Shown here one piece after another: positions 32,111 through 43,500 of a stretch of DNA of 64,000 bases; positions within the stretch are counted from its first letter, which is position 1; each line of letters opens with the position of its first letter. Made by a program: the position numbers and the translations under genes. Location of the stretch: contig OZ245003.1 in NCBI GenBank assembly GCA_965223425.1, positions 1,184,001-1,248,000 of the forward strand, read 5' to 3'. A model generated the notes under the pieces. It was not told the origin of the DNA and searched no databases. It was given only the letters and a program-made list of their open reading frames with translations. The DNA comes from Nitrosopumilus sp. (GTDB lineage Archaea; Thermoproteota; Nitrososphaeria; Nitrososphaerales; Nitrosopumilaceae).

Positions 32111-32257
32111 CTAATCTCTTTGTACGTTTAGTTTTTTTGCCTTTGCTATGGCTTCAGTCATCATTTTTCTTTGTTGTGTGGTTGGACCTTTTTTGAGAAT
32201 GTCGACTACCTGATTCCATTGTTTGTTATCTAGTGGTTTTACCTCTCTTAAAGCCAT
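32111..32257 (-). CDS. Putative 48-aa antitoxin (resembles the TacA/DUF1778 C-terminus)
   Basis: PLDNKQWNQVVDILKKGPTTQQRKMM, directly upstream of the GNAT; TATA-like sequence ~25 bp upstream. Confidence 0.55.
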   Translation of the reverse strand: MALREVKPLDNKQWNQVVDILKKGPTTQQRKMMTEAIAKAKKLNVQRD

Positions 32258-32324
32258 GATGTGCCATGTGACAATATTGTATATAAAACATGTCCTCAAG
32301 GTTACGTAAAGTTACAGACTCCTT

Positions 32325-32371
32325 GGTTTTGATTTATTTCGGTGATCTGATCACTGTTTTGCACCAGAACC
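32325..32371. repeat. 47-bp imperfect palindrome, copy 2
   Basis: GGTTTTGATTTATTTCGGTGATCTGATCACTGTTTTGCACCAGAACC. Confidence 0.85.
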
Positions 32372-32374
32372 TAA

Positions 32375-33976
32375 TTATTTTTCTGAGGCTGCCTTGATAA
32401 ATCCTGCAAATGATTCTTCAGGAAACCCGGGACGGCTATTGAATTCTGGATGAAATTGAACTCCCAGATAGAATTTATGTGACGGAATTTCAAGCATTTC
32501 CATTCTCTTCCCCCCATCACTTTCAGCTGAAAATATTAGTCCGTTTTTTTCAAATTCGGGAATATACTCTTTGTTAATTTCATATCTGTGCCTGTGACGT
32601 TTACTGATGCTTGTTGCATTGTAAATTTTTTGCGCAACTGTGTCTTCTTTAATTAAAATTTCATTTGCACCCAATCTGAGGGATCCGCCCATGTCTGAAA
32701 CATCTTTCTGCTCGGGAAGCAAGTCTACCACCGGATTTTTCGCACCGCTCTTAATTTCAGCTGAATTTGCATCCTCCAAATCCAACACACTTCTTCCAAA
32801 TGCAATTGCAGCTAGCTGAAATCCAAAACATATGCCAAGATACGGTATGTTTTTCTCACGTGCAAAATTCGCTGTCTGAATGATTCCTTCAGAACCTCTA
32901 GTGCCAAATCCGCCTGGAACCAGGATTCCGTCATAGCTTGATAAAGTATTGTAATCCGTGATTGATTCGGAGTCTATCCAATCAATATCTGTTGATCTGC
33001 CTATCTGTGCACCTGCATGTCTTAGCGCGTGATTTACACTCACATAACTGTCGGCAAGCGTGACGTACTTTCCGACCATTGCAATCTTTACTTTTTGCTC
33101 TTCATGATTAACCATGTCTTGGGCAATCATATTCCATTTGTCCCAGTTAGCTGAGGCGTTTACCATTCCTACTTTTCCAAACTTTGTAAACATTGAATCC
33201 ATGATTCCCTGATCATAAAGCATCTGCGGCACTTCAAAGATTGATTTTGCATCATGACATGACAAAACGTCTTTTGTTGTTACATTTGTAAACATTCCAA
33301 TCTTCTTTTTTGTTTTTTCTTCTAACGGAAGCGTACACCTGACTGCTAAAAAGTCTGGCTGAATACCAATTCTTCGCAACTCTTGCACGCTGTGCTGAGT
33401 TGGCTTTGTTTTTTGCTCTCCTACCACATCTAGTGACGGTGCTAAAGTTACATGAACAAAAATTACTCCTTGTGAACCTTCTTCTGCCCTCATCTGTCTT
33501 AGTGCTTCTAAAAATGGCAATGACTCGATATCCCCTACAGTTCCGCCACATTCTACAATCAAAAAGTCTAATTTTTCACCTTCTGCTATTTTCTTGATTC
33601 GATTTTTAATTTCATCAGTTACATGTGGAATAATCTGAACGCATGCCCCCAAATATTCACCTTTTCTTTCTGCTTCAATTACTGAAGAATACACCTGAGC
33701 CGTTGTAATGTTGTGACTTTTTGGAATATTCTGATTAAGAAATCTTTCATAATTACCAATGTCCATATCGCATTCCCCTCCATCTTCTGTTACGAATACT
33801 TCGCCGTGAGCTATCGGATTCATCGTTCCTGCATCATAGTTTAGATATGGATCTATCTTGACACAAGAAACTTTTTGGTATGCTAATTGTAATAATTTTG
33901 CAATCGAGGAAGTTGTTATGCCTTTTCCAAGGCCAGACATCACACCGCCTGTGACAAAAATAAACTTCGTCTGCAC
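32375..33976 (-). CDS. pyrG: CTP synthase
   Basis: KFIFVTGGVMSGLGKG, GICFGFQ, RHRHRYE, QFHPEF. Confidence 0.97.
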   Translation of the reverse strand: MQTKFIFVTGGVMSGLGKGITTSSIAKLLQLAYQKVSCVKIDPYLNYDAGTMNPIAHGEVFVTEDGGECDMDIGNYERFLNQNIPKSHNITTAQVYSSVIEAERKGEYLGACVQIIPHVTDEIKNRIKKIAEGEKLDFLIVECGGTVGDIESLPFLEALRQMRAEEGSQGVIFVHVTLAPSLDVVGEQKTKPTQHSVQELRRIGIQPDFLAVRCTLPLEEKTKKKIGMFTNVTTKDVLSCHDAKSIFEVPQMLYDQGIMDSMFTKFGKVGMVNASANWDKWNMIAQDMVNHEEQKVKIAMVGKYVTLADSYVSVNHALRHAGAQIGRSTDIDWIDSESITDYNTLSSYDGILVPGGFGTRGSEGIIQTANFAREKNIPYLGICFGFQLAAIAFGRSVLDLEDANSAEIKSGAKNPVVDLLPEQKDVSDMGGSLRLGANEILIKEDTVAQKIYNATSISKRHRHRYEINKEYIPEFEKNGLIFSAESDGGKRMEMLEIPSHKFYLGVQFHPEFNSRPGFPEESFAGFIKAASEK

Positions 33977-34060
33977 ATTAATGAAACAAATATCTGTCTT
34001 TTGTATGTTTTGCCTGCATCTGGATAAAAACTAGGCTTGGCTTATCTTCCAATTACCTGT

Positions 34061-34106
34061 AAGGATGGTGTATTCTGGTGACAGATCATCATTTTGCACC
34101 AGAGCC
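34061..34106. repeat. ~46-bp imperfect palindrome, copy 3
   Basis: AAGGATGGTGTATTCTGGTGACAGATCATCATTTTGCACCAGAGCC. Confidence 0.8.
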
Positions 34107-34596
34107 TATTGGCCGCGCCGTGATTAACCCGTAGCCTGCTGCCCTCGGACTTGCGGATTTCAGTCCTGCCATCTGGAATGCCTTAGAACAGACAGACAGA
34201 CAGACAACACCTAGCATCTTCGGATCTGCCACCCGCGCCGCGCCATCAGAACCTTATCCGTCTTTTGCCATGATCGAGATCCGCAGAACCGGCAGCATCT
34301 GTTGCGCATGCCATGTTTTGGTCAATCTTATTTCTGCAAACAGAATCCAGAATCTGAAAAAAATATATAAATACCAAAACAAAAGCATCAAATTGTTGAT
34401 TTACACCTCTCAGTTATCTGCTTTCAAGCCGTTGCCAACAGTACCGTACTTTTGTCATTCCTGCAATAATTCTGCCTTCCCTGCCACAATGTTGCCTGAC
34501 TCCGGGGGGGGGGGGGGTGCGTGTGCGTGTGTGGAGGAAGGATCAGCGGCAGCAATAATGGTATTGGGAGAAGAAGAGGACGGGAGATTCTGATAG

Positions 34597-37500
34597 TTGC
34601 AACGATTGATAAAGTCACCGCTGCCTGCAATAGCAGCAATAGCGGCACTTGTTCTTCTGATTCCCCTTTGCATCTCCCTTGCTGATGCCGCGATAGATTC
34701 GCCTGTTCCAGTCGCCTCTGTTGCTGACGGCTCGGCCTACCCCGAGCTTGCAGGCGCATGGGATATTACCACCGTGGTTATCAACGCCAGCACCTACGCC
34801 CTTGTTACGGGATCTCACGACTTAGGAGTCCAGATAATTGACATTACGGATCCCGCAAGCCCCACACATGTAGCTGCTATCATTGATGGTCAGTCCCATT
34901 CCAACAGCAAGAAATTTGACACGCTCTCATCTCCACATGGAATCACCACCGTGGATATTGGCACCAGCACCTACGCCCTGGTCGCATCATCCCATGAGGG
35001 CGGCATCCAGATAATAAATATCACAGATCCCGCAGACCCTGCCCCAGTCGTCTCTATCCGTAACGACAAGACCTACCCCAAGCTTGCAGGCGCATGGGAT
35101 GTCACCACCGTGAAGATAAACTCCAGCACCTACGCCATGGTCACATCAAACGAATCCACTAACGGTGGCGGCGTCCAGATAATCAACATTACTAATCCCG
35201 CAGACCCTGCCCCCGTCTCCTCCTTTGGTAACGGGGACGCCGTCACAGTCGGCGAGGAAGAGAAGACATACGACACGCTTGCAGGCGCCAATGGAATAAC
35301 CACAGTGAATATGGGCTCCAGCACCTACGCCCTTGTTACGGCATATTACGACAACGGCGTCCAGATAATCAACATTACTAATCCTGCCAGCCCCGTCCCA
35401 GCCGCCTCTATTACTGACAACTCTACCATAAATCTTGCAGGCGCGGTAGACATCACCACCGTGAAGATAGACTCCAGCACCTACGCCCTTGTTGCGGCAT
35501 ATTACGACAACGGCGTCCAGATAATCAACATTACTAATCCTGCCAGCCCCGTCCCAGCCGCCTCTATTACTGACAACTCTACCATAAATCTTGCAGGCGC
35601 CTATGGAATAACCACCGTGACTGACGGCTCCAGCACCTACGCCCTTGTTGCGGCATCTACCGACAACGGCGTCCAGATAATTGACATTACTAATCCTGCC
35701 AGCCCCGTCCCAGCCGCCTCTATTACTGACGAACAGGAACATGACAACGGCAAGACATTTGACGAGCTTGAAGGCGCACATGGCATTACCACAGTGACTG
35801 ACGGCTCCAGTACCTACGCTTTGGTCGCATCAACCGGCGACAACGGAGTCCAGATAATTGACATCTCGACGGCAGCAGAAGAAGAATCCACTACAGACAG
35901 GCAGCCATCAACACAATCAGACACAGATGCTATTACCACAAGCAAACAAACATCCGCAGATGCAACGTCTGTCCCGGCAGACTGGGGCCTGATACCCTCG
36001 GGCCTTGGCGAGGGACAAGACCGGTTCAGGCTGCTCATCGTGACATCTACTGAACACAACGCCACATCTTCTGACATAGCAGTATATGACACATTCGTCC
36101 AAAACCTCGTAGCAGCAGGCCATGAAGACATACAAGAATACAGCTCGTCATTCAGGGTGGTGGGCAGCACGTCTACAGTCGATGCGCGCAACCACACCGG
36201 TACCACCCATACCGATACAAACAAGGGCCCCCCAATCTACTGGCTAGACGGCGCAAAGGTGGCAGACAACTATCAGGACTTTTACGACGGATCATGGGAT
36301 GAGGAGAGATCCGCGCGAAACGAGAATGGAGATGAATTCGTGTTTGGTACTACTTCTATATTTACTGGTTCTAAGTCTGATGGGACAAAAGCATCCTTTT
36401 TTTACTTAGGTAATAACCTAGGGGCACTACTGGGGCTTCCAAACATAGATAGGGATCCACTCACCAGTGATAATCCTTTCACCTCATCTGAAACCCTTCG
36501 GTTTTACGGCATCTCGCCTGTATTTCAGATAGGCACAACAAATGCCGCCCCAATCGCCGATGCCGGCCCAAACCAGCACGTGCAGGAAAGAGACACGGTG
36601 ACCCTTGACGGGACTAACTCGGCGGATCCTGATAACGGCGACGACACTACCCTGACGTACTCGTGGTCCCAGACATCAGGTACCCCTGCCGTAACCCTGG
36701 CAAACGCCAACACAACAAGCCCCACATTCACGGCACCGTCCACTGCCAACTTTACTGCCCTGACGTTCGCGCTTACAACAAATGACGGCTCCCTGTCAAG
36801 CAACAATGACACGGTAACAGTAACAGTCTACGACGACCAGACGATCTTTGCCAGGTCTGCCACATACTATGAAAACCACGGCATCCTCGGCATAACCTTC
36901 AACAAGGACGTCAACCTGCTCATTAGTACTGAGCTTGACTTGTTCCATATCCGCGAGTCCGGCTCTGATGATGGCGGCTCGAATCTTCTCTCCTCCAAGC
37001 TGCTGATCACGACGGGCAGCACGGCGCATTTCAAGCTTGATTCATCCACAGACAGCGCAGTCAGGGCATTGGCATCCCCGGAGGCTGACATAGAACCCGA
37101 TTTCACATATTCACAAGGAGGATTCTCATTTGATTACGACCAGAACGACCTGCCAATAAAGAGCGGCGCATTTCTTCCGCTGATAGAATCTGTTACCCTT
37201 GCGGCCCGTGACGAGCTCACCGTGCGCTTTTTGTCCAACGTCGACACGGACATTACTAACGGCACGGGGTGGATCCTGTTTGGCGCAGACGTAACGGCAG
37301 CAAACCTTGCCATAGAATCAAACTCGGATCCGGGCGGAATAAAAGACACCATGACGCTTGCGCTAAATGCCTCCCTGCCAGGCACTGCCACCAGGTTCGA
37401 TGACGTGCACGTCAAATACCAGAGGCCGTCAGGCGATGGCGGAGGCATCTTCAACGGCACTGAATACCTCGGGAACACTGCTGACATCAAGGCAGCCGAC

Positions 37501-40500
37501 GGCCTGCCGCCGGTTCCAGTCAGCGCCGCAGCAGCCTCTGCCATGTCAACGTCGATAACTGTAACCTTCTCAGAGAACGTCCTGGGCTCGCATGGCGCCG
37601 GAAGCTTTTCGCTCTCACGTGCCGCAGGCAGCGCCACCACGACGCCCGTACCTGCAGTGGTGCCAGAAACGATATTCACTGACTCTGAGACCCTCACGCT
37701 CAACCTTAATAGCACCATCGGCAACAACGACCTGACTGTCGCCTACAACCAGGACCTGGCAGGCAGCGGCATAGCAGACGTTGCAGGCAACCCCGTGGCA
37801 AGCTTTGAAGGAATACCGGTGGGCACGCAGTCTGCGCCAACGCCTCCAACGCCGCCGGACGGCAACGCCCCACCGACTGCCTCAATTGCCGCGCCTGCCC
37901 GGGCAGCAGAGGGCACGACTGTAACCCTTGTCGGGACCGGCTCCAGTGACAGTGACGGCACAATATCATTATACGCGTGGACTGCCAACAACACGTCCAT
38001 CACAATAATTGATGCTGACAAGGCAGAAGCATCATTTACGGCACCCCAGGTCACTGCGAACGCCACTCTGGTCATCACGCTGAAGGTAACTGATGATGAC
38101 GGCGCCACAGGCTCTGCAAACCACACCATGACGCTCTACGACACAAACAGGCTGCCAGCTGCCGATGCCGGCCCAAACCAGCACGTGCAGGAGGGCGACA
38201 CGGTGACCCTTGACGGGACTAGATCGGCGGATCCTGATGACGGCGACACCCTGACGTACTCGTGGTCCCAGACATCAGGTACCCCTACCGTACCCCTGAC
38301 AAACGCCGACACTGCAAGCCCCACCTTCACTGCACCGTCCACTGCCAACTTTACTGCCCTGACGTTCGCGCTTACAACAAATGACGGCTCCCTGTCAAGC
38401 AACAATGACACGGTAACAGTAACAGTCTACGACGACCAGACGATCTTTGCCAGGTCTGCCACATACTATGAAAACCACGGCATCCTCGGTGTAACCTTCA
38501 ACAAGGACGTCAACCTGCTCATTAGTACTGAGCTTGACTTGTTCCATATCCGCGAGTCCGGCTCTGACTCTGGCGGCTCGAATCTTGCCTTCCCCCTACT
38601 GCTGCACACGAGTGGCAGCACGGCGCATTACAAGCTTGACCCGTCCACAGATAACGCATTCAGGGCTTTGACATCCCCGGAGGCTGACATAGAGGGATTC
38701 TTTACATATTCCCAAAACGGGTTCTCATTTGAATACGACCAGAACGACCTGCCAATAGGCAAAAGCGGCGCATTTCTTCCGCTGATAGAATCTGTTACCC
38801 TCGTAGCCCATAACGAGCTTGCCGTGCGCTTTTTGTCCAACGTTGATACGGACATAACTGACGGCACGGGATGGATCCTGTTTGGCGCAGACGCGGCAGG
38901 CCTTGCCATAAAATCAAACTCGGATCCCGGCGGGACAACAGACGCCATGACGCTTGCGCTGAACGCCTCCCTGCCGGACACTGCCACTAGGTTTGATGCC
39001 GTGCACGCCCATTACCAGAGGCCGCCTGCCGATGGTGATGGTGCCACCTCACACAGGGGCGGCATCTTCAACGGGACCGAGTACCTCGATAACGCACGCA
39101 ACATCATGGCAAATGACGGCCTGCCGCCTGTCCCAGTCAGCGCCGCGGCAGCTTCTGCCACGTCAACGTCAATAACCGTAACCTTCTCGGAGAACGTCAA
39201 GGGCTCGCATGGCACCGGGAGCTTTTCGCTCTCACGTGCTGCAGGCAGCGCAACAACGTCTACACCAATACCTGCAGTGGTGCCGCAAACAATACTCACT
39301 GACTCTTCAACCCTCACGCTTGGCCTTGACGGTCCTGTCGGCAACAACACCCTGGTTATCAGCTACCGCCAGGATCTGGAAGGCAGCAGCATGGCAGACG
39401 TTGCAGGCAACCCCGTGGCAAGCTTTGCAAACATACCGGTGGGCACGCCTGACGTGAACCGGCTCCCGACTGCGATAATCAGCGCACCGGCCAGAGTAAC
39501 CGAGGGCGACGCGGTAACCCTTGACGGGACAGCGTCTGCTGATGATGACGGCACCATATCATCATACGAATGGATCGCCAACGACACGTCAATTACAATA
39601 ACAAACCCCTCTCAGGCAACTGCATCATTTACGGCGCCCCGGGTCACAGAGGACACTTCTCTGGTCATCACGCTGCAGGTAACTGATGATGACGGCGACA
39701 CCGGCTCTGCAAACCACACCATGACCATAGCCAACGTAAACCAGCGTGTGACAGATCCCCCTAGGTTCGTCTCAGCAGAGCTAGACGAGTCAGCAGGCGT
39801 GCTGAACATCACCTTTGACAAGGCGATAGACGCATCCGGCGTTAATGCTACAAAGTTCCACATCAGGGAGTCCGGATCCGTCACGGGCGGCGTGACCCTG
39901 TCCGGCGCCTCCGTTACCGTGACCACCCCCAACACGATTACCCTCAGGCTGGCAGAGGCAGACAGGCAGACAGTCATCGCGATGAACACGCCGTACCTGG
40001 AGATAGACGCCGGCGCGGTGTCTGACAGGTCAGGCAACCTCCTAACGGAGTCCTTTGACCTGACCCACGACCCGTCATTCTCGGGATCGTTCTACGTGGC
40101 GCAGGACACCCAGCCGGTGGACATCGCCTTCTCGCCTGACGGCACCAAGATGTTCATAATGGGTATTGATCACAAAACCGTGCGCCAGTACGCGCTCTCC
40201 ACACCCTTTGATGTCACCAACGCCTCCTACAACAACAAGTTCTTCGTGGTCAAAACCCAGGACGACACGCCGTTGAGCATCGCCTTCTCGCCTGACGGCA
40301 CCAAGATGTTCATGATGGGCGGTGAGCACGGCGCCGTGCGCCAGTACGCGCTCTCCACGCCCTTTGATGTCACCACTGCCTCCTACAGCGACGAGTTCTT
40401 CGTGGTCAGACACCAGGACGACCAGCCGGTGGGCATCACCTTCTCGCCTGACGGCACCAAGATGTCCATGGTGGGCCGTGTGCACGACGCCGTGCGCCAG

Positions 40501-43500
40501 TACGCGCTCTCCACGCCCTTTGATGTCACCACTGCCTCCTACAGCGACGAGTTCTTCGTGGTCAGAAACCAGGAGAAGGAGCCGACGGGCTTTGCCTTCT
40601 CGCCTGACGGCACCAAGATATTCATAGTGGGCCGTCAGCACGACGCCGTGCAACAGTACGCGCTCTCCACGCCCTTTGATATCACCACTGCCTCCTACAA
40701 CAACAAGTCCTTTGTGGTCAAAACCCAGGACGACGCGCCGAATGGCATCGCCTTCTCGTCTGACGGCACCAAGATGTTCATAATAGGCAATCAGCACGAC
40801 AGAGTGTACGAGTACCACATGAGGCTGCTCTACGACATAAACAGGTTGCCAACTGCCGATGCCGGCCCAAACCAGCACGTGCAGGAAGGAGACACGGTGA
40901 CCCTTGACGGGACAGGCTCGGCGGATCCTGACGGCGGCGACGACACCCTGACGTACTCGTGGTCCCAGACATCCGGCTCCCCTGCTGTAACACTGACAAA
41001 CGCCAACACAACAAGCCCCACATTCACTGCACCGTCCACCACCACCGCCGCCGATCCTATCACGCTAGAGTTCACGCTTACGGCAAGCGACTCTTCCTCC
41101 TCAAACGGCACTGACACGGTAACAGTAACAGTCTACGACGACCAGACAGTCTTTGCCAGGTCTGCCACGTACTATGAAAACCACGGCCTCCTTGACATAA
41201 CCTTCAACAGGGACATCGACAGAACGCGAGAAATTGTATTTGACTCGTTTCTTATCCGCGAGTCCGGCTCTAATTCCGGCGGCTCGGTTCTTACCTCCTC
41301 TGAATGGCTGCGAGACACGGCAGCAGGCAGCACGATGACCTTCAGGCTTAACCCGTCCACGGATGACGCAGTCGGGGCTTTGACATCCCCGGAGATTGAC
41401 ATAGAGAGTTTTGCCGTGTTTGGCACAAATAACATCCTATTTAATTACGACCAAGTCGAACTGCCAGTAGTCAAAAGCGGCGCATTTCTTCCGCTGATAG
41501 ACTCTGTTACCCTCATAACCCATAACGAGCTTGCCGTGCGCTTTTTGTCCAACGTTGATACGGACATAACTGACGGAGCGGGATGGATCCTGTTTGGCGC
41601 AGACGCGGCAGGCCTTGCCATAAAATCAAACTCGGATCCGGGCGGGACAACAGACGCCATGACGCTTGCGCTGAACGCCTCCCTGCCGGGCACTGCCACC
41701 AGGTTCGATGACGTGCACGTCCATTACCAGAGGCCGCCTGCCGATGATGCCGCCGGACAGAGGGGCGGCATCTTCAACGGGACCGAGTACCTCGATAACG
41801 CACGCGACATCAAGGCAGCCGACGGCCTGCCGCCTGTCCCAGTCAGCGCCGCGGCAGATTCTGCCACGTCAACGTCAATAACCGTAACCTTCTCGGAGAA
41901 CGTCAAGGGCTCGCATGGCGCCGGGAGCTTTTCGCTCTTGCGTGCTGCAGGCAGCGCAACAACGTCTATACCAATACCTGCTGTGGTGCCGCAAACAATA
42001 CTCACTGACTCTTCAACCCTCACGCTTGGCCTTGACGGTCCTGTCGGCAACAACACCCTGGTTATCGGCTACAACCAGGATCTGGAAGGCAGCAGCATGG
42101 CAGACGTTGCAGGCAACCCCGTGGCAAGCTTTGCAAACATACCGGTGAGCACGCCGTTTACGGGCGATACCGGCGGCGGCACGCCTGACGCAAACAGGCG
42201 ACCGATCGCAGAGGCCGGAGAACCACAGACGGTAAACGAGGGCGACACGGTAACCCTTGACGGGACAGCATCGCATGATCCTGACGGCGACCCCCTGACG
42301 TACGTGTGGGAGCAGGCAGCCCTGCAAGGTGAGCCGCCGCTGCGTATTGAAATCGACGGCGCGACTGCCACATTTACGGCCCCGCAGGTCACAGGACTTA
42401 CCTTCTACACCTTTACTCTAACCGTATATGACGGCAAGGTCTACTCGCACGTCGACACGGTCAACGTCATCGTCAACAACAGCGCCTCTGACGACCCGGT
42501 CGCAGACGCCGGTGCCAACCAGACGGAAAACGAGGGCTCCACGGTAACCCTTGACGGGACCGCCTCTGCTGACCCCAACGGCGACCCCCTGACGTACCTG
42601 TGGCGCCAGGTGTCCCCCGAGTCGCCGCAGATTGCCCTTGACGATGCCGCCTCGGCCACGCCGTCGTTTGTAGCACCCGTGACGCTGGCAGCCTGGACTG
42701 ACTTTGTCTTTGAGCTTGCAGTGGATGACGGACAGGGCAACTCCCACACTGATACTGTCACCGTCACCGTCCGCGACACTGTCTCCAACCGCCCCGTCGC
42801 AGACGCCGGTGCCAACCAGACGGTAAACGAGGGCGACACGGTAACCCTTGACGGGACCGGCTCCGCTGACCCCAACGGCGACCCCCTGACGTACTCGTGG
42901 AAGCAGGACAGGCCGGCCACGCCGCAGCTGCTCCTGGACGACCTCAACTCCCCTGTTGCCAACTTTGTTGCGCCACAGGTCAGAAACGCAACTGAGTACG
43001 TCCTTGAGCTTACAGTCAATGACGGACACGGCAACAGGAACACCGACCTGGTCACAATCACCGTCCGCGATACCGGCTCTGCTGACCCCAACATACCCGT
43101 GGCACGCGCAGGCGGAGGCCAGAGGGTCATGGAGGGCTCCACGGTGACACTTGACGGGACCGCCTCTGCTGACCCCAACGGCGACCCCCTGACGTACCTG
43201 TGGCGCCAGATCTCGATCCCAGGCGCACCAACGGTGCAACTTGAGGGCGCCAACACTGCCACTGCCACCTTCACCGCACCCGCGGTGGACGCCGAGATCG
43301 ACCTTGTCTTTGAGCTTGCAGTCAATGACGGAGACGGCAACAGGGACACTGACTATGTCGTAATCATCGTCCGTGACGGCGACCACGAACACGCCGGCTC
43401 CGTCCACGAACACGTCGGCCCCACCGCCGACGCAGGCCCAGACCAGGCATACCCCGAGGGGACAGTCATAACCCTCTTCGGCGGTTCATCCCGTGGCCAG

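Noticed and set aside
25274-32374. Integron (attC-cassette) interpretation of the 47-bp palindromes
   Set aside because: No integron integrase, no one-gene-per-site array, and the ends match the IS6-like TIRs better; not fully excluded.
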